A DNA stretch of 64,000 nucleotides from Eledone cirrhosa (taxonomy: Eukaryota). Of this stretch, positions 44,260-57,648 are shown one piece after another; position 1 is the first letter of the stretch; the number at the start of each line of letters is the position of its first letter. A program made the position numbers and the translations under genes. The notes beneath the pieces were generated by a model. It saw only the letters and a list, made by a program, of their open reading frames with translations, was not told where the DNA came from and did not search any database. The stretch is taken from positions 99,448,001 to 99,512,000 of the forward strand of contig OZ024746.1 of assembly GCA_964016885.1 (NCBI GenBank), given 5' to 3'.

Positions 44260-44325
44260 TATTTCGTTATATATATTTCAGGGATATCATATTAACAATA
44301 TGTTATGCCGTCTTCAGACAAAATA
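44260..44325 (-). ncRNA. Hammerhead ribozyme (left arm)
   Basis: Reverse complement of 44805-44870. Confidence 0.75.
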
Positions 44326-44804
44326 CAATATAAACAGTCTTATAAATAAATAGATACGACATACCTTTCAATCACCTTGCATTTGGGAGGTTGATTTGGT
44401 AGTAAAAAATATTGTGGACAGTTGTAAAAAGAAAGAGATAAAGAGAGAAAGAAAGAGAAACGAAGAAAAAGAAGAAATGCATGTGACTAAATAGAGGGAT
44501 ATAGAAAGATAGATAAAGAGAAGAACTTCATGTAAAGAAACAGAGAGAAATATATATAGAGAGAGGAAAAAAGAAAGAGATAGATAGAGATAGATAGAGA
44601 AATTAGGAAGTTGAGTATCGGTTGATACATTTATTTATTTATTTATTTATTTATTTAGCTCTTTTTCTTCGTTTCTCTTTCTTTCTCTCTTTATCTCTTT
44701 CTTTTTACAACTGTCCACAATATTTTTTACTACCAAATCAACCTCCCAAATGCAAGGTGATTGAAAGGTATGTCGTATCTATTTATTTATAAGACTTTAT
44801 ATTG

Positions 44805-44870
44805 TATTTTGTCTGAAGACGGCATAACATATTGTTAATATGATATCCCTGAAATATATATAACGAAATA
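44805..44870 (+). ncRNA. Hammerhead ribozyme (right arm)
   Basis: tattttgt-CTGAAGA-cggcataacatattgttaatatgatatccct-GAAA-tatata-TA-acgaaata. Confidence 0.75.
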
Positions 44871-44998
44871 AATATGGTTTTATAAATATAGTTTCCATTT
44901 ATTTAATATCATAAATATACTCCAAATACTTGTTGAGTGCTTTTATATCAGTTATAAATATTTACTCGTTGTTAACCCAACAATTTAAATATAACTTT

Positions 44999-45032
<34 letters not shown>

Positions 45033-45235
45033 GTAATCACACAGATATATATGTATATATGTATATATATATATATACACGTAACGCACACATACACACA
45101 CACATATTATATATATATATATACACATATATACATATAAGAGATGTGGGTATGTGTGTGTTATGTGTGAGTGTGTGTATATATATATATATATATGCTG
45201 CAAATTCCTATCACTTATATATATATATATATATA

Positions 45236-45620
45236 AACTAGTTCATCGTTCCTGTGTCAGTGTTGAACAAAAAGGTGACGTGGTTGCCTAAACACTGTAC
45301 GGCGTAATTCGGGCTGTTTGTTTACAAACAAACAAACAAACCGAGCATTATAATAAATGTTCGTTAAACCGATACGTGCATATATATATGTGTGCATGTA
45401 TGTATATATATATACATACTGCTGTACGTCTGTATACATATATGTGTGTACGTATACATACATATATATATATATATATAAATGGAATAGAATGAAACGA
45501 AATTTCATTTCTCACTCTTAGTACGACACTTACTTAAATGTAAGTATGCATACATACATACATACATACATACATACATACATACATACATACATACATA
45601 CATACATACATTTAAGTAAG
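45236..45620. mobile_element. Partial copy of the 55.3-55.9 kb hammerhead element
   Basis: Starts inside the ribozyme (AAACTAGTTCATCGTT) and is near-identical to 55656-55860 and 55328-55395. Confidence 0.8.
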
Positions 45621-45759
45621 AGCAAGCGAGAGAGAGAGGGAGCGAGAAAGAGAATGTCAACCTCAGGACATGTATGGTTCGTTATAAGTGTACACTAAAA
45701 AGGACATGTACGTGCTGAAATTATTCTCTTTCTTAGCCTCCTTTGGAATATTGGGTGAC

Positions 45760-46010
45760 GTGAGATCCCCACTCCACGTGGTGGCAAGCCTAGTCCCGGG
45801 CCTGCTCCCAGGCCAGTCCCATATTTGTTAGTTGTTCCAGCACAGACCTCAACCAGGCCTCGCTGGGTCTGCCTTGATTCGTACGTCCCACACTTGGTTT
45901 CCATTCAATGGAAGCCCTCGTTTGTCTCTTCCTGGATGTGTGTAGTACGTGACCAAGCGTCTTACGCCGTTATAGGATAATACTGTCCGTTAGATTACTC
46001 GGCTTAGCCT
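45760..46010 (-). mobile_element. Decayed RTE-like LINE 3' fragment
   Basis: Minus strand reads LQWKPSVGRTNQGRPSEAW (W-x-P...GRP...W motif). Confidence 0.5.
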
Positions 46011-46086
46011 CTTCATTTATGATGTAGTCACGTCAAACAATATTAATTATGGTGCTAAGACACTTATATGTGTATATATATATATA

Positions 46087-47055
46087 CTAGCATTAAAGCC
46101 CGGCGTTGCTCGGGGTTAGTAAGTTACCAAAGTTAGGTTGCACCACCCATTTTATGGCAGCACTTTTTTGTCTGCCAGGCACTGGGTGAATGAATTGCAG
46201 ACCTGGACTGCCGAAGCAGGAGCTGCGCCAGCAGTGACAATTGTAGTTTCGCCTATGGATATTATCTCTGTGCAAAGAAGTGTTGAAATTTATTGTTTCA
46301 CAGTACTTGCGCAACACGCGCGTAGACGATGCCAGCCGAACAACAGAGCTGCGATGGAGTTGTTCTGCATGGTTGTCTAATGTGTGTTTTCTAAATTTAA
46401 GACAGTAGGGAGGGGTGTGATATGGGGGAGAGTTAGCTGCTGTTTCTAGCAGGTTTAGTGACCTCATAGAGGATATATTTTCTAAATTTAAGACTGTAGG
46501 GAGGGGTCTGATATGGGGGAGAGTTAACTGCTGTTTCTAGCAGGTTTAGTGACCTCATAGAGGATATTATTGTGTATAGTAAATGAACAGATACTTCTTT
46601 CTTTCACGTTCCTTGATAGATGTTTTAAAAAAGATTTATCGCTATTTTCTTTATTGTTGAATAAATTTATCTGTTGATTTTGAATAATTGTTGTTTCGTA
46701 TGAAATGTAATAAGTTCTCTTTGTCATTGAAGTAAATAAATATTTGACCGTTCCACACTCAAAAACAAACGTTCTCTCTCTCTCTCTCTGTCTTAAAGTT
46801 TAAGGAGAGTAGAGAGAGGTAATCAGATTCTATTAGAGGGGTAAAGCGTCATGTATTTAGTTTTATCGATTATTTCCGTAATTGTGGGTGAGTGTGAATG
46901 AAATAAATAGTCGTTGTCCTAAGTTACACCATATACAACATTCTTACAGACTTTGAGTCGAATCGGTTTGAAATTGTGCAAATGTATAAACATGGAACAT
47001 GCACACACACACACACACACACACACAACAACAACAATGTGCCTTTTATAGATAA

Positions 47056-47058
<3 letters not shown>
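46087..47058 (-). mobile_element. Non-autonomous Helitron (~1 kb)
   Basis: Minus-strand 3' CTAG preceded by hairpin CCCGAGCAACGCCGGG, TC-type 5' end next to (TG)n, and an internal tandem duplication at 46385-46565. Confidence 0.65.
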
Positions 47059-47115
<57 letters not shown>

Positions 47116-47184
47116 AAAAAGAGATGAAATCGAAAATGCAACTGGAGTCTTATTTAAAAAAAATATATATATATTTATTTGGTT

Positions 47185-47222
47185 CCTTTACCGGTTTCGC
47201 AGTTCTTCTGCTTTTCAAAAGG
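47185..47222 (-). ncRNA. Minimal hammerhead relic (core mutated)
   Basis: cctt-TTGAAAA-GCAGaagaaCTGC-GAAA-ccgg-TA-aagg. All three stems are intact and stem III is the palindrome ACCGGT. Confidence 0.6.
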
Positions 47223-47257
47223 TGAGTTGAGATGGAGGGTCTGTGGTTTTTCTCACA

Positions 47258-47294
<37 letters not shown>

Positions 47295-47297
<3 letters not shown>

Positions 47298-47625
47298 GAG
47301 AGCAATGCCAAAAGTAAATTCTCCTTCCGATATTGCAACTTTTCCGTTAAAATCCTGTGGATGGTGCTTCGGGAAACCTCAGGAACCAAAATGCAGAGAG
47401 CATCCAGAGTCATCCGCCGATCTTTACGCATGTTTTCCTCGGAAGGAGACCTTACTTTTGGGATTGCCCTCGTATATAATAACTGCGCGAAATTCCCGCT
47501 TGGCGGTAGCGTTCAATGGCAGCTCCATTCTCAACGGCTGCCAAGCCAAGATTGAGCATCCCAGCGAAGCGCGCGCATGCTTGTTTGGGAGTGAAGGAAG
47601 CACCAAATACAACAGTGTTGCCAAC
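47295..47625 (-). mobile_element. Mariner remnants
   Basis: TIRs TACGAGRGCAATSCCAAAAGTAA at 47295 and 47474 enclose the transposase HTH piece ENMRKDRRMTLDAL...SRSTIHRILTEKLQYRK. An adjacent N-terminus reads MELPLNATAKREFRAVI. Confidence 0.8.
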
Positions 47626-47713
47626 AGCCGTGTGTGTATGTGTGTGCGTGTGTATGTGTGTGTATGTGTGTGTTCATATGAAAGTTGTTATTAAGAGCAT
47701 ATTGTATACAAAC

Positions 47714-47758
47714 CTACGAGGATTCTTCAATTCTTCCGTAACAAAGTTCAGGTTATTC
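47714..47758 (-). CDS. SLC7 amino-acid transporter, internal exon (45 bp)
   Basis: ctcctcag|G-NNLNFVTEELKNPR-AG|gtttgt. Hallmark (GW)NxLNFVTEExxNP motif. Phase 2 to 2, joining 38392 to give R-DLPL. Confidence 0.95.
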
Positions 47759-48087
47759 CTGAGGAGAATAAAAAGTCATAATTAATTGACAGAATACTTT
47801 TCTCATTCAGTAAATATTTCAATATTTATTGCTAACAAATTTGTTAGTAATTTCAACAGTATCGATACAAACTGACTTAACTATTTTAGGGATATCGAGG
47901 CACCTATGACTAGTGTAGCATTACGTATAGATCTTATATCGACAACTATAATTTTGGAGTTATAAGTCTCACAAGTATTGATTTCGTCTTTCCTCTGTTT
48001 AAAATATTTGATTAAATAGTATATATATACATATACATAAATTACATTACAAAATGCTCATAATTCTTTCGGAATGACATTAGAAAT

Positions 48088-48274
48088 ATAATTGTTTCTC
48101 CTTTTGGCACAGGGCCAGTAATTATCCCAGTACATTACTGGTACTTTATTTTATCGACCCCGTTACGATGAAAGGCAAAGTTAACCTCGGTGGGAATTGA
48201 ACTCAGATCATAAAGGGGCGTAACTATGCTGGAAAGCATGGCGTCCGACCCTCTACCGATACTGCCAATCTACC
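48088..48274 (-). mobile_element. SINE family A
   Basis: Near full-length reverse copy. Confidence 0.8.
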
Positions 48275-48635
48275 AAATTTGATGAATACATTTATAAATA
48301 CATATAATAAATACAACCAACCATCGCCAGGAACCTCACTAAAACAGCGCACCAACACACGTGACCAGAGCGGGAGAAAGAAAAATGAAGAAAAAAGTGG
48401 GGAGCATAAACAAAAACGAAAACGACCATCAATTCACGCCCAAGTGCGACAATCGGCCCCACATCAACGGAACACTTTGAGGCAGGCTAACACGCTCGCA
48501 ACACCATGACTTTCGTATGACCGGATTGACTGTAATACACTTAAGAAAGAAAGAAGCCTTGGTTTAGATTGTCTCATCCTTCAGCCATTTAAACTGTTGC
48601 CAGAGTCATAGTGGATTGAATTAAATCTAGCATAG

Positions 48636-48831
48636 AGACCTGTCAACTCTGCCCGTCCGACGGGGAGATCTTCCACCCACTTTGGTGTGGGCAAAAGATG
48701 TCTTCTCTTGTGAAACTGGGTATAGATGTCATTATGAGTAAAATATCCCCATTTTGCCTCATTTTTTCCTGTTTTGGGGCACTTCTTTTCATGGTACTCC
48801 CCGTTTGGATTTTTAGAAGTTGGCAGGTCTG
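48636..48831. mobile_element. MITE (hAT-like ends)
   Basis: AGACCTGTCAACT ... AGTTGGCAGGTCT. Confidence 0.6.
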
Positions 48832-49564
48832 AGTATATGATTGATACTAATTTTATAGGCCAAGGCAAATGCTTTACAAAATTTGGTCCAATTGTCATCA
48901 ACAATTATTAATCTTACTCCTACCACATTAAAGAATAATAATGCTTTCTACTATAGACACAAGGCCAGCAATTATCCCAGTGTATTACTGGTACTTTATT
49001 TTACCGATACTGCCAATCCAATGATTTCTACTATAGACACAAGACTATCAATTTGGGCACGACCCCTTACATCCTTACGAGGTCAGTAAAATAAAGCACC
49101 AGTAACACACTGGGGTCGATTTAATCGACTTTCCCTTCTCCTGAAATTGCTGGTCTTGTACCTATAGTAGACAGCATACTAAGGAATATTAATGAAGCAC
49201 ATAATCAACTAATTGACTAAATTACTTTAGGATGGTAGGACTACCGGAACTGGAATACACATTGCTTCAGACTAATCGTTGCTTAGACAATTTTCAAAAC
49301 ATTGCTGAACTCATACTTATATTTTATGGAAAATCCTCCCCACCCTAAATGTCAGACATGAGACACTAAATGAAACACAGAGAGTTTTAGAGAGAGGATA
49401 GAGTTATATTAAAACAAATATTATGAAATTTTGATCAAATACAACCTATTTCGTGGAATTCCCAATTGGTTTCGAGGAACCCTAGGATTCCTAGAAATAC
49501 TGGTTTAGATAAGAAAGTACAGAGAGTATATCTACATGAAAAAAAATTATTGTTAATATATTTA

Positions 49565-49830
49565 ATGCAGAGCGGTTGTGGGCATATGGTTACAATGTCT
49601 CAGGAAAGAATCGCTGGACAGATTTTACGGGCAAAACCAACAAGTAGGGACCCCAGAGGTAGACCTCGAGCAAGATAGTTGGATAACATCCATGAGCTTG
49701 GCTGGTATCGCTTGGGGATCCAGCCGGATCAGTTGGAGACGGTTGCTTCTGACAGGACCCGCTGGAAGGAGTGTTTGAGGACTCTGCTCCCACGACCCTT
49801 TCAGGAATAAATGGCAGAAGAAGAAGAAGA
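49565..49830 (+). mobile_element. RTE LINE 3' end
   Basis: GHMVTMSQERIAGQILRAKPTSRDPRGRPRAR with a (GAA)n tail. Confidence 0.85.
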
Positions 49831-50034
49831 CATCCTGTCTCGTGGAATTCCCAATTGTTTTCGAGGAACCCTATGATTCCTCGAAATATTGAATTGAATA
49901 ATAAGAATTTGATTATTGTCTGTTTCAAATTACTAATTATTTCTTTTATGAATCCTCTTTTTTTTTACGCTAAACTCCGCCAGTTGCAGAGTGCGCATCA
50001 ACATGAGATATTTTTCTCCACAAAATTCGAAAAC

Positions 50035-50160
50035 AGCAGAGTTTAAAGAGCAAAGATCAATTCCAGTCCATAAGTTGACATTGTCAAGCCATCGTTTTAG
50101 CTGCCTGCCTCTTCTTCTCTTACCAGCCAACCTTCCTTCCAAGCATAACCTACTCACACC
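50035..50160 (-). mobile_element. RTE LINE fragment (different family)
   Basis: LEGRLAGKRRRGRQLKRWLDNVNLWTG. Confidence 0.75.
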
Positions 50161-50665
50161 ACGAGTTGATTTTTTTGTGAATCCTAGAGAATACCGTTTA
50201 TGCGTACAGAGATAAAGTCAATTTGTATTTGTTCATCTCACTATAGAGAATATGTTAAGGGCAATAGATTACCAGAGTTGTTACAGCATTGGACAATGCT
50301 TTGCGCTATTTCGGTTACTTAAGATCTGACTTAAAATTTCAGCTTTCATCTTTCTGAAGTCAATAAAATAAAATAGCAGAATCTTTTATCCGAAATTCCA
50401 AAATCCGAAAAGCTCCGAAAACCGAACATTTTTTCCAGGATGTCGTCTGCACACCAACGCTCACGTTTGGCGTCAAACCTGACCCGAAACCACTCACAGA
50501 GTCAACTCAGGTCACGCAGTTGTGTCTCAGTGCTCCTACTAGTCAGACGCACGTCGCCTCTGCTTTTCACGGAAATTTTGTACTGGTATCGATATAACCG
50601 ACTTACCCTCCTTTAAGTTACTAGTCTTGTGCCTAAATTATAAACTATTATTAAAGTATATCTTA

Positions 50666-51075
50666 GGGCGGTGGATTGGTAGTATCGGTAGAGAGTCGAA
50701 CACCATGCCTCGCAGCACAGAGTTACCGTCCTTTACGGTCTGAGTTCAAATTCCGCCACGGAGTCGATAAAATAGGGTACCAGTCACGCACTGGGTCGAG
50801 TTAATTAACTTACCCCCACCAAAATTGCTGGTTTTGTGCCTATACTAGAAACCATTATTAAAGTATATCTTAGGCGGTGGATTGGCAGTATCGGTAGAGG
50901 ATCGCAACATAGAGATACGGCCCTTTATGATCTGAATTCAAATCCCGCCGAGGTTAACTTTGCCTTTCATTCTTACGGGGTCGATAAAATAAGGTACCAG
51001 TCACGCACTGGGGTAGATTTAATCGACTTTCCCCTCCCCCAAAATTGCTGGCCTCCTATATAAGAAACCAATATT
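50666..51075 (+). mobile_element. Tandem SINE family A copies
   Basis: Copies are separated by the repeated spacer ATTAAAGTATATCTTAG. Confidence 0.8.
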
Positions 51076-53869
51076 AAAGTATATCTTAGCATTTGAAATA
51101 AACAAAAGTGCAAAACAGCTTTTCCTTGAGAGATATAGATAATAGATCAGGAAACATAGACATATATAATAAGAAAATAAGACAACAAAAATAGTAAATG
51201 AATTTTAACGATGAATTTCTCGGCGTAGTTTAGATCGATGATTTTTTTTTTTTTTTTTTGTATTCTGGAGTCATCAAGTTCGTATCAACCAGCTAGTCTA
51301 ATATTTCAAACTTGATAAACCTCTTCAATGGCTTAGACCACTTTATTGTTATATCTAGCTAGTATATTTTGTTCATTTTTATAAAATGTTTAACTGCTAG
51401 CCAATGAACGTGTTCCTACGTGGAAGTTCTACCAGTTAGAAATAATAGCCAAATCTTCATTAAATTATTCTATAAAACAGACACATGGGAGGCACATGGG
51501 ATATAGCTATGCTATAGACATACAATATCAAATGGAAGAGAGATGTTCATTTTTGTAGGTGCCTTCGATCATAGGTCTACTCGACTTCAGCACACCTGGG
51601 CATAAATAACAACAATGTTACCACCAACACAAACATTTTTTCTGCTCATTCACACTTAAATGTTTATTTAAAAGATGAATACCGGACTACTGAAACGTCC
51701 CTGGCTTTGGGTAAAAGAAAATACAGGAGGATCAGTTAAATATGATTTTATTCAACATCAAATTCCCCTCTCAGATTCACACACTTATTGCAGCAGTCCT
51801 ACCTGCCCTGTAAAGTTAACAGCTCTATCCTTTTGCGATACCTTTAATACAAGAACTTTTCAGCACATTTGTAGGCCGCAGACAGTTTCAAGGATGAGAG
51901 TTCCAATTGTTTGGTCAGCAGAACTGTCAGGTCATTAAATAGACGTGTGAAGTATTTCAAAGACACGTGTATGTTTGAAATAATTCAGTGTGACAAATGT
52001 GTGATAATACTGTCACTTTGAATTACATTTACAGTTTCTGTCTTTCCATTTCCCCAATCACAAGGCGTGAATCTATACAAGACTATGTTAAAAGGCGCTT
52101 GCTTAAGATAAAAGGCATTGAGGCCGAATTTAGAATTTCAAGCTATCCTTTAAACCATATGAGAAGGCTACGACCAATACACGTTCATCCGGATCTTATG
52201 TTCAAAGTTAACCTCGGGGGGATTTGAACTCAGACCGTAAAGGACGGTAACTCTATGCTGCAAATAGTTACGGTCCTTTACCGTCTGAGTTCAAATCCAC
52301 CCGAGGTTAACTTCTCATTCATCCCTACGGGGTCGATAAAATAAATCACCAGTAACGACTTCCCCTCTCCCCAAATTATTGGTCTTGTGCCGATACATAG
52401 ATATTATAATATGCCTTATTAAAGCTTTAGTTTAAAGAACACGAAAGGTCACAGCATATATAACTGCGGTTCTTAGACCGTTGGAACACATACACACAAT
52501 TTCTGTCAAACTCCATTCAACTGAAGTTTATAAGAGAAGACACGTACCCAAGGTGCCACGTAGTGATACCGAATACGAAAGCACATGTTTGGGAACAACG
52601 TAGCAAGACTTTCGTCTAGGAACATATTAAACTGGTTCGTTCCAGCTGGTGGCCTTCCTCTAAAATATTGATTTCCGATATATATCACATTGTTTGATGA
52701 GGGAAGAGGAGTATAGCAAATTAGATTGACCCCAGTTATTACTGATGCTAATATTATCGACCTTAGAACAGCAGAGTTTGCACTCTGAACTTAATGAGGT
52801 GTAACTATATAGCATAAACTATTCCATCACGCACTTTATTGGTTCTGCCTGCTAATAAAAATCGTATGAATAAAGCTAATTCTTGATTTATTTAAATACA
52901 AGGCTAATTTATCTTTACAAATTTGGCTCAAAAACTATTAATAATTGATAATGATATAAATATGAAAAAGAAAGATAAATACAAAACAAGTTATTGAGAA
53001 GAAGGGGGTAAAGAAAGGTAGATCTGGTTGTATGGGAAAATAGGGGAAAAGGCGATAAATGTCATAAATGAGAGGAAAACAAGGGAAAACTCAAGGACTC
53101 GTGGGGCACAGAAGAAAGGGATGGAGAAGGGGGAGAGTGATAGGCTCAGAGTCTATGGCGGGGCGGTGTTTGGGCTGCGATCCGCGGACAAATCTGCAAA
53201 GGCATTACTGCGGGCAATGGCCAAAGACATCCACTGGAACAGCCACCCCACCGTGCGGGGCTCCTTCAAATCCAAGGACGTCTGAGGTCTCGATAGTGAC
53301 TGGTGCGAAGAGGAAGCGGTTGGAAAAGTCCCGGTTTTTCGTTAAATAATCTACCCTTTTCTTTGATGGTCGCTAAATATTACCGCTAGGTTTTAGGTGT
53401 CTGTCAATTCATTAAGGGAAGAAAACATCGGATAATAAAGTGCTCTTGTATAGGATTAGAACATTTTTGATCATATTTCTGCTCCGTCAGAGCTGGCCTG
53501 ATAAGAAACAGCAATCCATATATTACTAAAACTCTGTGATTGCTTGCTTGTCTGTAATGTAATACAGCCACAAGGGCACATAATGGGAAAATACTTTGAA
53601 AGGAAGTTGACCCTGAAATGGGAATACAAATGGAATAAAACAAGTTTCTCGTAAATCTAAGCACGGGTTCCCGAGATATGGGGTTTTCTGGATACCTTCA
53701 TAAATAGAGAGAGAAAAGGATAGAGTGAAAGAGATAGTGGTTGTGAGAGAGTAGATTGAAAGAGAGACATAGAGAGAGGGAGAGGAGACAGCTGGTGTTG
53801 TTGTTGTATATATGTATATATATGTATGTGTGTGTCTATGACTAGTGTATAGAGATCACAGACACCCGC

Positions 53870-53911
<42 letters not shown>

Positions 53912-53952
53912 GTATACAAACACACACATTTATATATATACATACACACACG

Positions 53953-53984
<32 letters not shown>

Positions 53985-54540
53985 TACATATATGTATACA
54001 AACACACACATTTATATATATACATACACACATATATATATGGGCCTTCCAGTTTCATTTCACATTATATACATGTTTATGTATATTTTAATTATTTAAA
54101 AATTATTTTTAAGTGAACATGATTTTTAAAAAATATTTTGAAGTGAACGTGACCCAACTGGTTACAGGTGGTCTAGTATATAATAAAGATTTAAAACAAA
54201 CATAACCTGTACAGACATAAACCTTACACACCTATCAAGTTCCTGAAGCTAAAATCTACACGATAAAAGATGGATTCGTCTTAAATGGGAATATAATGTT
54301 AGTAATATGTTTATCACTTGACCACCGTTCAGAGCTAATCTATAACTGTTTATTGATTTTTCCTATTTACCTATATAGAAGTGAAATAAATAACGTCTAA
54401 ACGATGAATGCCTCTTATTTCCTACCTGTTAGTAATCAGTGGTATTCATGTAAACACGATTAGCCAGAGAGGATAGGTGAGAGAAATTAAGAAGACCACG
54501 TCCTTTTAATATGGCTTCAGTGTTGATAATGGTATATATG

Positions 54541-54576
<36 letters not shown>

Positions 54577-54721
54577 TATAAATTAACGGAGCCATAGACA
54601 CTCGCTATTCCCTGTCAATAATGTGCTCAAAGGAGAAGAATCCTGACCTCTTTAAAATATTTTAAATGTTTTATTGATAGCGAAGTGTATCACTCTCTAG
54701 TGTGTTACCTTTTCAACATAT

Positions 54722-54761
<40 letters not shown>

Positions 54762-54764
54762 CAG

Positions 54765-55330
<566 letters not shown>

Positions 55331-55627
55331 GGAATAGAATGAAACGAAATTTCATTTCTCACTCTTAGTACGTCACTTACTTAAATGTAAGTATGTATGT
55401 ATACGTACATACATATATGTATACAGACGTACAGTAGTATGTATATATATATATATATACATACATGCACACACATATATATATGCACGTATCGGTTTAC
55501 CGAACATTTATTACTTTCCTTATGCATGTTAACGGATGAGTCGTTATGCAAATTAGGCTGCTCAGCCGTTAATATGCATAAGGAAAGTATATACTTTCAG
55601 ACGTTCAACCATCTGGCAGGAAGGTAT

Positions 55628-55670
55628 ACGATGCTGACGATAGCTAATAAGCTTGAAACTAGTACATCGT
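55628..55670 (+). ncRNA. Minimal type I hammerhead ribozyme
   Basis: acgatg-CTGACGA-tAGCTaataAGCTt-GAAA-ctag-TA-catcgt. Stem I is a perfect 6 bp and stem III is the palindrome ACTAGT. Confidence 0.85.
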
Positions 55671-55861
55671 TCCTGTGTCAGTGTTGAACAAAAAGGTGAC
55701 GTGGTTGCCTAAACACTGTACGGCGTAATTCAGGCTGTTTGTTTGTTTACAAACAAACCGAGCATTATAATAAATGTTCGGTAAACCGATACGTGCATAT
55801 ATATATGTATGCATGTATGTATATATATATACTACTGTACGTCTGTATACATACATACATA

Positions 55862-55899
<38 letters not shown>

Positions 55900-56128
55900 T
55901 GTAGAAGCCATTTCTATATTAAATTTTGTTGTATATACTCTACTAATGTATTGAATACTTTACTTACTGTGGTTACACTCGATTGAACCTGGGATTCACA
56001 CACTCACACGTGCGCGCACACACACACATATATATATATGTATATATATACATATATGTATATGTGTTTATATATATGTATATATATATGTATATATGTA
56101 TATATATATATGTATATGTATATATATG

Positions 56129-56163
<35 letters not shown>

Positions 56164-56174
56164 GTATATTTATA

Positions 56175-56235
<61 letters not shown>

Positions 56236-56850
56236 CTCTGAAATTTTTTTCCTTCAGCTATTTTAATTATAAGAGACTATTGTGAGTTTTTAACTCAGTA
56301 TATACTTTTGATAAACTCAGCTCCTAGAATTTTGTCGAGCTTTTTACATGTCGAGTAAATCTAGCTGCTATTTTTAGTAACCTACGTTTTACAAGACACA
56401 CTAGGTACTGAATACCATGTGCGTTTCTTTCTTTCTTAAAACACGCGCAACATTTAGTCTTCTGAGAAATTAGGAGTGAAGGGAGTACTAATCTGTACAT
56501 CCACTGAAGAGCAATCGGATTTGTAACCCTGTCCACATTGTTGTGAAACAGTTCTACCAAAGGCTGTCTGGGTGTGATAGTTATTATGGTACGGTTTGTA
56601 TTGCTTAATTTATCCATTTAATTGAGTCTGGAAAACCGAATTGTTCATAGTTAGCATCTTATTCACCCTGGCGCTTTAGGTCCCTTATGATTTGAACGCA
56701 TATATGCATATATCTGTGTTTGTCTCTTTTTACCATATTATAAGACACGGACAATTTTTTTCCTTGAGCTATTTTAATTATAAGAGGCTATTGTGAGTTT
56801 TCAATTCAATATATACTTTTAATATATATATATACATATATGTATATAAT

Positions 56851-57032
56851 GGAGATCAATATTGCCACAGGTACTAAGTACCCCTGGAAATATATAGTGT
56901 GTCTATGGTTTCAATTTGACATACCAGAACTATAAAATTGAGATAAGCGGAGCAAGTGATACCATAGAACAACAACTGTACCATACACATATATTTCCAG
57001 GGGTCCTTAGTACCTGTGGCAATATTGATCTC
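56851..57032. repeat. Fold-back (~45-bp arms)
   Basis: GGAGATCAATATTGCCACAGGTACTAAGTACCCCTGGAAATATAT is inverted at ~56989-57032. Confidence 0.9.
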
Positions 57033-57223
57033 CTTTTTATATTGAGAGAAATGTAGAGAAAAAATCCGTTGTTTTACCTAACTGCTATTTTAGTTTACTT
57101 CCGGTTATATTAAGGGCTGCTTCATGTGCAGGTCAAGTTTACGGCCTCATTCGATCCTGCACTAGCTGGCAGAATGCAATATATTTTGCCGTTCGTGGGA
57201 CTTTCGTCCTATGTAGGGGAAAA

Positions 57224-57305
57224 TGCTTTCTGAAGAACCGAACATTTCCATTGGAAATCCATCGGACTTCCAATCTTTTGTGAGGCGAAACCATCAGTAA
57301 AAGCA
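57224..57305 (+). ncRNA. Hammerhead ribozyme with extended stem II (partly decayed)
   Basis: tgcttt-CTGAAGA-accgaaca...ATTGGAA..TTCCAAT...tgtgaggc-GAAA-ccatcag-TA-aaagca. Confidence 0.65.
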
Positions 57306-57555
57306 AATGGAATAGGTAAATATTGAAATTATATTTTTTAATTTATTTTAAAATATTGTTTGAATCTTACTTGCTCCGCTTATCTCAATTATATATATAT
57401 ATATATTTTATATATATATATATTTTATATATATATATATTTTATATATATATATATTTTATATATATATTTTCAATTTCTGCTAGACCGGCAACCGCTC
57501 TGTATAACCAGTTCCTGATTATTACTAGAATTCTATAAGAATCAAACATTCATGA

Positions 57556-57648
57556 TTTTCAGCAAACAGGTGGAGTAGTTAGATTTGATTAGCACCAAAA
57601 AGTGCGAAACAGAGCTCCGTCAGCTTTATCTCCCTTGTTTGCTGAAAA
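57556..57648 (+). ncRNA. Hammerhead relic with long stem I
   Basis: TTTTCAGCAAACAGG...-TTGATTA-GCACcaaaaaGTGC-GAAA-cagagc-TC-...CTTGTTTGCTGAAAA. Confidence 0.5.

Larger units (their letters stand above)
44218..45000. mobile_element. Solo inverted PLE pseudo-LTR pair with a hammerhead in each arm
   Basis: Arms ~44218-44472 and 44660-44913 plus a tail to 45000, with (TA)n on both sides. The tail shares ATACTCCA..TGTTGAGTGCT with the 59-63 kb PLE. Confidence 0.85.

Noticed and set aside
49451-49892. ~50-bp direct repeat around an RTE fragment as a giant TSD
   Set aside because: The repeats do not abut the LINE 5' end and are diverged. They are more likely two pieces of another repeat.
53050-53350. 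Possible L1/Tx1 3' coding remnant
   Set aside because: GC-richer with a suggestive peptide, but no recognisable motif.
56507-56565. CTGAAGA...GAAAcagttcTA hammerhead-like string
   Set aside because: Stem I does not pair. The similar weak candidates at ~36145-36235, ~4135-4170 and ~6750 were also not counted.
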